Positions 6,294 through 13,658 of a stretch of DNA of 13,658 nucleotides are shown here, in pieces. The position numbers and the translations under genes are program-made. The stretch spans positions 1-13,658 of the forward strand of contig JADGIF010000231.1 of the NCBI GenBank assembly GCA_018985225.1. The letters are read 5' to 3'. The notes under the pieces were generated by a model. That model was not told the origin of the DNA. It made no database searches and saw nothing but the letters and a program-made list of their open reading frames with translations. The stretch comes from Amoeboradix gromovi X-113. Lineage: Eukaryota; Fungi; Sanchytriomycota. Each line of letters begins with the position of its first letter. Positions within the stretch are counted from its first letter, which is position 1.

Positions 6294-8417
6294 TTAAATT
6301 GAGTAAGGAACATTAACCACGAACAATTTCTCTTTGGGAATCATATATTGCATAACAGGGTTTCCTGCATACGCATAACAGTATTCAAATATCCAAATTC
6401 TAGTTCTATGAAGTCTTAAAATTAATTTTTCTATTACTGTGTTAGCAGAATACTCATTTTGTAAAAAAAGAAAGCTGCTAGCATAATAGATTATGGTTTT
6501 ACAATCAATTTTAGCTTTTCGCTGTACAATGTTAATTGCAGCCTCAGCTGGGATGTTGCGCTCACAAAACCCATAACAGATTGTGCATTTAAACAATCCT
6601 AACCCAGGGTCCACTGATCTCATAACAATTCTGTCTTCATCATTTACAAATGGTATTTGAACTGCCATTATTGTAACCATCACTATTTTTTTCGGTAAAG
6701 AATTGCCAATCTGCACCATACTTTTTAAAATAAATGGTATTTCTTCGTCTGCGTATGAGAAATACACACCCAAAGTATCAAATCTGTTGGCTGTTCTGCA
6801 ATAATTTCTCAGTTTAGATATTTTCCATTCACTTTCAACAATTTGGAACTCAATAAACTTTTGGGTGGAGTACCAGGATATGAATATTATGATGATCAGT
6901 AGACCTGCCATTAATGAAATTAACTGGCCATTCAAAATCTTGTAAAACTGCGAAAAAAAGGATAAAATGTCAAATATTAAAAACACAAACGATGATAAAA
7001 AATATATAAGGAATTCATTTTTTCGTTCGTAATATTTGCTGGTTAATACAAATATCCATGTGAACAGTACTTCGAGAGATATTCCTGTTCCTATGTGCTT
7101 CAAGTAGTATTCCGCATGAGGAGAGAGGAAAATAGATATTATGCTATATAGTACAACAATCTGAACCACCTGCGGTATAAATATTTTAGAATGGCCACCC
7201 AGCATAACATGTTTGGTTTCCAAGCTAGGCAACGCTCCGAACGTAATTGCTTTGTCGCATAATGCAAATATGCTGGTTATAGTTGCATTTGCTGCAACAA
7301 GAACCACAATTGAACTAAACAAAACCAAATAAATTGCCATATCCGGTCTGACCATGTTGAAAAATATTATGTTTAAAGTTTTATATCTTAAAATCAGACT
7401 AATTTGACCTATGAAATTAACTATTATACTGGGAATTATAAACAGGAGTAGAGATATAGATATAGGGCTCCTCTTGTATGTACCAATCTCGGAGTATAGA
7501 ATAGACATGCCAGAAATTGACAAAAAACAAATTCCCCATAATTTTAAAAATGAACTAAAACTCTCTCTCAATAGGAGACTGAATATTGTTAACGGGTTAA
7601 TAATAGCCATAAATACATTATACTCAAAGTGATATATTCCCAATATTAATATTGTAACTGTCCAAACTATTGTTAAACAGCTGTAAAATTCTGTCAAGAC
7701 AGGCGAACCCCATTTTTGAGATATGTAAATAAGTAGTATGGACAATATGCTTAGTAAGCGAGGTAAAGAAGAGTCCAAATTATCTTGAATTATACCGTCA
7801 AAGGCTGCAAATGACGATATGCCTGGTAGGAAAAATAAATCAGTAATAGACCATGCACTGGCAATTAATGCAATCCACACGAGATACATATGAGTTGACT
7901 CATCTAGTCCTTTTCCATTCACTGAATGCGCTTTGCGAGGTAACGACTCACAGACACTTAGAATTCCACCCTCGCCCATGTTGCGAACCCTGAATATGTA
8001 AAAACAATATTTAATAGAATAGACAATTAATATCCAGACAATCATAGATCCACTAGAAAGAATAGCTTGATTAAAATCATTCATTAATAGACATTCTTTA
8101 ACAACCTGATTTAACAAGAAAACCGGTGATATGAGTAGATCACCATACAGTACTGCCATACCACTAAAAGTAAGTTTAGCAAACAAACCGAAAGATAATG
8201 TATCTTCCTCTTTTGGACTTGGTGGAGTAAGTAATGCAGCACTAATTGATAAATGTCTGATTTTAGTGGGAATAAGGACTAGGTTTGGACTAGCATTTGA
8301 GCCTGAAATGGAGCGCGCAGATCTTAGTGTTGGATTTTCTCTTTCTGGGGGTGCTAATGGATCATCACATATTGGAATTCTTTGATCATTATTGAGCAAA
8401 ATAGTAGGAATTGGCAT
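6294..8417 (-). CDS. KUP/HAK/KT family potassium transporter-like protein, divergent
   Basis: About 12 hydrophobic segments. GMAVLYGDLLISPVF (cf. GVVYGDIGTSPLY), IKYC, GEGG, QKWGS and KIFIPQV, plus a cytosolic domain with IPFV and CYGFCE. Confidence 0.85.
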   Translation of the reverse strand: MPIPTILLNNDQRIPICDDPLAPPERENPTLRSARSISGSNASPNLVLIPTKIRHLSISAALLTPPSPKEEDTLSFGLFAKLTFSGMAVLYGDLLISPVFLLNQVVKECLLMNDFNQAILSSGSMIVWILIVYSIKYCFYIFRVRNMGEGGILSVCESLPRKAHSVNGKGLDESTHMYLVWIALIASAWSITDLFFLPGISSFAAFDGIIQDNLDSSLPRLLSILSILLIYISQKWGSPVLTEFYSCLTIVWTVTILILGIYHFEYNVFMAIINPLTIFSLLLRESFSSFLKLWGICFLSISGMSILYSEIGTYKRSPISISLLLFIIPSIIVNFIGQISLILRYKTLNIIFFNMVRPDMAIYLVLFSSIVVLVAANATITSIFALCDKAITFGALPSLETKHVMLGGHSKIFIPQVVQIVVLYSIISIFLSPHAEYYLKHIGTGISLEVLFTWIFVLTSKYYERKNEFLIYFLSSFVFLIFDILSFFSQFYKILNGQLISLMAGLLIIIIFISWYSTQKFIEFQIVESEWKISKLRNYCRTANRFDTLGVYFSYADEEIPFILKSMVQIGNSLPKKIVMVTIMAVQIPFVNDEDRIVMRSVDPGLGLFKCTICYGFCERNIPAEAAINIVQRKAKIDCKTIIYYASSFLFLQNEYSANTVIEKLILRLHRTRIWIFEYCYAYAGNPVMQYMIPKEKLFVVNVPYSI

Positions 8418-8455
8418 ATTTCAACAACAAAGACATATGTGGCTTGCTATTCAAA

Positions 8456-9130
8456 ATGAATATAAAACCAGCTAGTGATTTGGATGAGTTAATGGACAGA
8501 TTCAGAAGTGACATGGAAATAGTAAATCAAGGAACCGTGACATCTCAGATAAAAGGTTTCTGTTCTAAATGCTCAAAAATGGTACCAGAAGATAATACTC
8601 CGATATACACTACCGATAGACGTGTTTTACATAAGGAATGCTACAAGTGTCTAAAATGTGATAAATATCTACAAGGGTTACAGGTATACGATACAGAATC
8701 AGGATTTCAATGCAGTCAATGTTACTCAAATGCGTGCGAAAGCTGCGCCCTGTGTAATGAAAAGATTAAAAACGGTTTACTTGTTAAAGCGCAAGATAAG
8801 ATTTATCATCCGCAGTGTTTTAAATGCTCAAAATGTTCACAAGATATAGCTGGCGCATTCTTTGTAGATGATGAGAAAAAATTCGTCTGTGACAAATGTT
8901 ATGAAAAGTTCAATATGCCTACTTGTGCAAGATGTCATAACAAGATCAGTGAAAAAACTGACACAGATGTTAAGGCTGAGTTTTTTGTGGTGGCGGAACT
9001 GCAGTTGCACAAAAACTGTTTTTCATGTTTTGAATGCTCAAAACCTTTTCCAGACGGTAAGGCATTCAATATTAAGGATAAACTATTCTGTCATGAGCAT
9101 TTCAAATCCAACAAACAGGCATCAAAGTAA
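8456..9130 (+). CDS. Three-LIM-domain protein, paxillin-like (224 aa)
   Basis: Three CxxC...HxxC-x-x-CxxC...Cxx[C/H] units. N-terminal LDELMDRF is an LD-like motif. The ATG at 8456 is used instead of the TTG at 8411. Confidence 0.9.
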   Translation: MNIKPASDLDELMDRFRSDMEIVNQGTVTSQIKGFCSKCSKMVPEDNTPIYTTDRRVLHKECYKCLKCDKYLQGLQVYDTESGFQCSQCYSNACESCALCNEKIKNGLLVKAQDKIYHPQCFKCSKCSQDIAGAFFVDDEKKFVCDKCYEKFNMPTCARCHNKISEKTDTDVKAEFFVVAELQLHKNCFSCFECSKPFPDGKAFNIKDKLFCHEHFKSNKQASK

Positions 9131-9316
9131 TAAACAGAATATCTCACTTATTTTTAATCACTAGTAAGCAGTAAGCATGCCGCTCTCTATGCATATCTGG
9201 CGTGTAAACTGGATTTCATCAAGCTTGTGCAACCTGTATTCAAGTATAGCCAATCTGATTGGATAAAGACTCAGATAGGAGAAATAAAAGGAGATGGTTA
9301 CCCAACAACAACTTTG

Positions 9317-9877
9317 ATGATTTTCGCAATTCTGCTAAGTGTCATAGCCGGGAATTATGCATCATTAAAAGGCATAATTCCTCAAACAGTATTTCACGAA
9401 ACATCAGTAGACTCAAAAGAAGTTAATGGGAATCAAGTTGCACTTGATCCAAAGCCAGCTATTGACAATTCCGAACTTGGGCCAATGTCAGGACCTCCTG
9501 AGCCAGAGATTCCAGCTATGAATTCCATTCCAGCTATGAATTCCATTCCAGCTATGAATTCCATTCCAGAACCTGAGGGTGAGATTTACCAAGAAGAATG
9601 TGAAGAGGAAGTTATTGATACATGCGGCGATGAGTCTATGTATCCTATTATTGAGGACTGCATTGAAGACGTCTACGAAGACTGTGAAGGAGAGGTTGGA
9701 GACTGGGAATGTCAGGAAGAAGAATATATTGAATGTGACGATGATATGGTATCTGCTCAAGACTATGAAGAAGACTGCGAAGAAGTGGTTGTACAAGATG
9801 AGTGCGCTGCAGAACCTGAACCAGAGATGGGATTTAGACAAGGCATGGAATCAAGTCCAATTAGTGATGAACTGTAA
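9317..9877 (+). CDS. Hypothetical secreted acidic Cys-rich protein (186 aa)
   Basis: The first ATG gives a signal-like MIFAILLSVIAG. IPAMNS is repeated three times. The D/E-rich C-terminal half has regularly spaced Cys (CEEE, CGDE, CIED, CEGE, CQEE, CDDD, CEEV). Confidence 0.75.
   Translation: MIFAILLSVIAGNYASLKGIIPQTVFHETSVDSKEVNGNQVALDPKPAIDNSELGPMSGPPEPEIPAMNSIPAMNSIPAMNSIPEPEGEIYQEECEEEVIDTCGDESMYPIIEDCIEDVYEDCEGEVGDWECQEEEYIECDDDMVSAQDYEEDCEEVVVQDECAAEPEPEMGFRQGMESSPISDEL
9509..9569 (+). repeat. 18-bp coding tandem repeat, 3.4 copies
   Basis: ATTCCAGCTATGAATTCC in three perfect copies plus a partial ATTCCAG. Confidence 0.97.
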
Positions 9878-9903
9878 GAGTAATAAATTAGTTTATTGAT
9901 ATT

Positions 9904-10407
9904 CTATTTGTCTCTTTGTGCTAGAAATTCTAGAAGCTGTTGTACCCTTTTCAGCTCATCGTCGGATGGATTTCTTTTGAAAAGGCAATGTGTTTGCTGT
10001 TTGAATGATTTTTTCTGTACAGAGTCAATACTTTGCCAATCTATTAAATAGTATAGTTTCATTAAGTGGCCAAGATCCACTTGCACGCTTTCATTCATTT
10101 TTGTTAGCTGAGCGAAGTGTTTTGTTTGAATCTGTGTCTCATTTTTGTACTTACCTGCTATTTGTAGATCGAAACTAGGTATTTTTGACATTGTTATGTA
10201 GCTAGTTATGAATCTAATGCAACCTAGCAGCAAAGCAGAAGCTATTACAATCCCATATAGGCTAATTAAGATTATAAAGTAAAATGCACTCACATCGGGA
10301 GACTTGTTATGGATTTGCAAGTATATATCAGCAGCAGTTCCGACAATTGTAGCTGATAATAGCAATAAAGCTAAGGTGTATATCAGTCGGGAAATGAGAT
10401 TAATCAT
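9904..10407 (-). CDS. Dlt1-like two-TM membrane protein
   Basis: Two N-terminal TM helices with ADIYLQ between them, followed by RFITSYITMSKIP, resembling the fungal Dlt1 N-terminus. The start is 10407 or 10476. Confidence 0.55.
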   Translation of the reverse strand: MINLISRLIYTLALLLLSATIVGTAADIYLQIHNKSPDVSAFYFIILISLYGIVIASALLLGCIRFITSYITMSKIPSFDLQIAGKYKNETQIQTKHFAQLTKMNESVQVDLGHLMKLYYLIDWQSIDSVQKKSFKQQTHCLFKRNPSDDELKRVQQLLEFLAQRDK

Positions 10408-10876
10408 ATATATAGTTTCAAAATATATTTTATAGTTGACGATTGTAATTAAAAATAACAATTTTCTGAATGACATAAAATTTCAGCTTTCATAGTTCTT
10501 TATCTGGTGTTATTTGATTGATTAAAAATCGGTTAATTTTTTCGGGACAATTAACTTAAAATTAGCTCAAGGAGAGCATATAAAATCTAAAAATACTTTT
10601 CTGCATTCAAGAAGGATCCTAAAATGATATAATTGGCCAGGAGATTAAGAAAGACATGGGCCGAACATAACTAAGCATTTATGAATCAAGCGTGTGCAAA
10701 CTGCGGTGCTTTATACAAACCCAGTTTGGAAATTTATACATGCACAAATTATTAGGCATGTGAGTTTCCATTCTTGATTTTCTAAAAAATATCAGAATTT
10801 TAACAACGAAAGTTAAATTGCTTTTACTGCGTGCAAAGATATTTGGTTATACTATATAATACTGCTAAAAATTATT

Positions 10877-11437
10877 TTATTTACAAAACATAAAGCTGTA
10901 CCACTTTCTTTCTGGTCTGGAAGAAGGGAAAAAATCATCTTTTATGTACATCGAGGACTTTGATATGTGCTTAATGATATCTACAGATTTCTCTTCCTTT
11001 ATTGTTTTCATTTTTACTGAGGGAATGGTGCTGTTAGATTCATGCAATATTGTTTTAGAGGCAGAATAGGTATAGATAGGGAGTAACGGAACAAGCAACA
11101 ATAGAGGTGGCTGAACAGTGCAATCATCAATATTCACGTCTAACTCCTTATTATATGACAGATTTTCAGCTGTTGGAGTTCGAATGGAGTATTGAATATT
11201 TTCATTTTCGATCGAATCATTCATAACATTGTCCAAGTAATCGCCAATGCTATTCTTGAGATCAAATGCATTAGAACTTGATATATGGCTTGTTGAAATG
11301 TCTGAACTTACAATTATATCTGGATTATTCATTTGGCGCAATTCACAAATCTGTTTATCCATTTCAGCAATTGCATCTGAATAAAGTAGTTCCAAATAGA
11401 CCCCTAATTTATCTTTTTGTTCATTTTTTTCAATCAT
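10877..11437 (-). CDS. Hypothetical protein (186 aa)
   Basis: Uninterrupted 561-bp ORF in AT-rich DNA, divergent from the next gene, with AATAAA at the stop. No recognised domain. Confidence 0.6.
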   Translation of the reverse strand: MIEKNEQKDKLGVYLELLYSDAIAEMDKQICELRQMNNPDIIVSSDISTSHISSSNAFDLKNSIGDYLDNVMNDSIENENIQYSIRTPTAENLSYNKELDVNIDDCTVQPPLLLLVPLLPIYTYSASKTILHESNSTIPSVKMKTIKEEKSVDIIKHISKSSMYIKDDFFPSSRPERKWYSFMFCK

Positions 11438-11491
11438 TTTTTAAAGTGACCTGTCTTTTTACCACATCCCGAAAAATCCCCTAAAACGGAT

Positions 11492-12707
11492 ATGTCAAAG
11501 TTTGATCTCGTCGTATTTGGAGCTACCGGGTTTACTGGCAAACGCGTTGTTAAATACCTAAAAGATAGAAAGGTGAAATACAGTGTTGCTATCGCGGGTA
11601 GAAGTGAGGACAAGTTAAAGTCTTTGCAACAGGAATTGGGAGTCACTTACACAATTGTAATTGCCGATGCTGGGGATGACAAGTCCTTGTACAGCATGGC
11701 TAAATCAGCAAGGGTAGTATTAAACTGCACAGGTCCTTTTAGATTCTACGGTGAAGCTGTGGTAAAGGCTTGCGTTGAAAGCAAGTGCCATTATACTGAT
11801 ATTACTGGCGAACCTCAATTCATTGAAGGAACTTATGAGAAATATGATGACTTGGCTAAGAAGAATGGTGTCACTATCATTCCTGCATGTGGTTTTGATT
11901 CGATGCCTGCAGAACTAGGCGTAATGACAGCCAAATCAGAGTACAAGAAAGCGGGGGGAATAGTTCATGATATCGAAATGTTTATCAGCTCTAAATCAGG
12001 ACCAGCAGGTGCAGCCGGTAATTTCACTACCTTTGAAAGTGCAGTTTACGGTGTAAGCGATGTCCAGAAGTTAAGAGACATTCGCAAGTCTTCTAGGCGA
12101 CCTCGTTTAAATACCGTTGGTAAGTTAAAGATCCAAAAGCTGCCAAAAAACGATCCACGTGTTGGTTGGATTGTGATCTTCCCTGGCGCAGACCCTTCCG
12201 TTGTTAAGTTGTCTCAACAAATCCAGCAGATGAGAAGCAAAGATTATGTGGCAGCCAACTTTGCTGCTTATGTAGTAGTGCCGAATTTCCTTGCTTTGAT
12301 AGGGTTACTGTTTGGGGCTATGATCTTTGGTTTGCTAGCTAATTTCTCTTCTGGAAGAAATCTTTTGTTAAAATATCCAGAATTTTTCACTTTTGGATTC
12401 TTCTCTAAAAAGGGACCAACTGAGGAGCAAATACAAGGCACGTCATTCAGTGAGACATTCTACTGCAAAGGTATGGTAGGGAATGGTATGAAGGAGGTTG
12501 TGATCAAAGTAAGCGGACCAGAGCCAGGGTATCACTAATTAATGTAGATATGTCACAACGCCAATTTGCTCAGTAGCAGCTAGTGAATTATTGTTGGCTG
12601 AAGATATTCCAAGAGGTGTTATGACCTCAGCAGCCGCGTTTGCAGATAAACTAGAATTATTGGTAGAAAAAGTGAAGCCGATTTCAATTTCTTGTGTTTC
12701 TAAATAA
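11492..12707 (+). CDS. Saccharopine dehydrogenase-like oxidoreductase (SCCPDH family); join(11492..12528,12548..12707), 398 aa
   Basis: Motifs FGATGFTG, AIAGRS, NCTGPFRFYGEAVVKAC, YTDITGE, CGFDSMP and FSKKGPT. After splicing, GPEPGYVTTPICSVAA...PRGVMTSAAAF is restored. Confidence 0.93.
12529..12547 (+). other. 19-nt spliceosomal intron (predicted)
   Basis: GTATCACTAATTAATGTAG has a GT donor, CACTAAT branch motif and TAG acceptor, and contains the in-frame stop that ends the ORF-track ORF. Removal restores the conserved GPEPGY-x-TT-P motif. Confidence 0.9.
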
Positions 12708-12714
12708 ATAGATT

Positions 12715-13233
12715 TTACTGGGATTCTATGAATGACTTCAGCAACATAATTGCCTTTTTTCTATGCGAAATAGCATTCTTTTCATGGCTATTCATTTCGG
12801 CAAATGTTTTGCCATTGTATTCAAAAATGGGATCCCATCCGAACCCTTCGCCTCTACTCGGCGTTATTTTACCATCACACATACCCTTGAATATGTGAAC
12901 ATCAGTTCCGTCATGATATCCAACCACACAAATAGCTTTAGCACTTCCATCACCCATCATTCGCAGTTTAACAAGTTGATCTAAACCCATAGTTAAAAAC
13001 GACTTAATATATGGTCCTGGTAGTCCATTCATTCCATTGAAGGTCAGTGCGACATCCTCGACAATGCAAGGTTCACCTAAGATAGCATAAGCCGATTTCA
13101 CTTTGTGTTTTACGATCTCATCAATAGTGCCTTGGATCTCTAATAAATCCAAATTTACATGGTGCACTGGTAAAATCTCATTCCATTCTCTTACTTTATT
13201 TAAGTTTCCACTCACTAACTTCATATGAGACAT
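12715..13233 (-). CDS. HAM1: Inosine triphosphate pyrophosphatase (Ham1/ITPA)
   Basis: Motifs VSGNLNK, EIQG, VED, GLPGPYIK, FGWDPIF, TFAEM and KNAISHR. Start is the ATG at 13233 (or 13224); the track's 13287 is a TTG. Confidence 0.95.
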   Translation of the reverse strand: MSHMKLVSGNLNKVREWNEILPVHHVNLDLLEIQGTIDEIVKHKVKSAYAILGEPCIVEDVALTFNGMNGLPGPYIKSFLTMGLDQLVKLRMMGDGSAKAICVVGYHDGTDVHIFKGMCDGKITPSRGEGFGWDPIFEYNGKTFAEMNSHEKNAISHRKKAIMLLKSFIESQ

Positions 13234-13506
13234 GCAATAGGAAATTGACCCCATGACTTTGGGCAGACATCTATTTAACTGTCGCAAGTACTAGAACTCT
13301 ATCGCTCGAGTTGGTATTCTTTCTTAAAGATTTCAATTACATAAAAACTCGATGCTATTCCTTTTCATCATTTCGCTAATCACTTCAAACCTTCCAGTCC
13401 GAAATATGTTAAATCTAAAGAAGTGTTTAGTGCGTAGAAAACACGCTTTTCTGCACTTAATTAATCAAAAAAGGGGATAACACTTTGCCTTTAAATGCTG
13501 GAAAAG

Positions 13507-13593
13507 ATGGGACACACTCTGTATAAAGTAGACTGTGGGTAAAAAACGGGTGACGAGATTTACCCAGTTGAACTTTTCACAGCAGTGTCCCAT
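13507..13593. repeat. 87-bp long imperfect palindrome (MITE-like), related to the Fanzor element ends
   Basis: Terminal ATGGGACAC / GTGTCCCAT (9/9) and inner TGGGTAAA (13536-13543) / TTTACCCA (13559-13566). 13508-13534 matches the reverse complement of 4081-4107 at 19/27. Confidence 0.7.
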
Positions 13594-13658
13594 ATTTCTT
13601 CACCTAGGCAATAGGCGAAACTACTTTATCAGTGATCCTTTGTTGCCAACCTGGTCTC

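Noticed and set aside
9509-9569. CRISPR-like array
   Set aside because: Contiguous in-frame repeats without spacers, i.e. a coding minisatellite.
10088-10154. GTAAGT donor (minus strand) in the Dlt1-like gene
   Set aside because: The nearest acceptors (17, 23 nt) and the one after a GCTAAC branch-like motif (67 nt) all shift the frame to early stops, and the unspliced ORF is open.
10818-10837. U5 snRNA loop-like TTGCTTTTACTG
   Set aside because: Does not match the invariant GCCTTTTAC loop, and no convincing U5 stem was found.

Overview
Gene-dense, AT-rich eukaryotic DNA with very short intergenic gaps and few introns. The gene content looks fungal; an early-diverging lineage with a reduced genome is an inference only. 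Housekeeping genes: proteasome beta1, BolA, VLCFA 3-ketoacyl-CoA reductase, a short Syf2-like splicing factor, a divergent KUP/HAK K+ transporter, a 3-LIM paxillin-like protein, a Dlt1-like membrane protein, a saccharopine dehydrogenase-like oxidoreductase and an ITPase. There are also three unknowns, including a secreted acidic Cys-rich protein. Two signals are not visible in the ORF track. (1) About 2097-4110 is a decayed Fanzor (eukaryotic TnpB-like RNA-guided nuclease) element. Its N-terminal half is on the minus strand and its C-terminal half (DRDVNA RuvC-III motif) is on the plus strand, which suggests an internal inversion. It has related end repeats, a structured putative omegaRNA region, and a related hairpin at 13507-13593. 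(2) Two 19-nt GT-AG introns with a CTAAT branch motif (5128-5146 and 12529-12547) each restore a sensible protein C-terminus when removed. All family calls come from motif recognition by eye; no database search was run.
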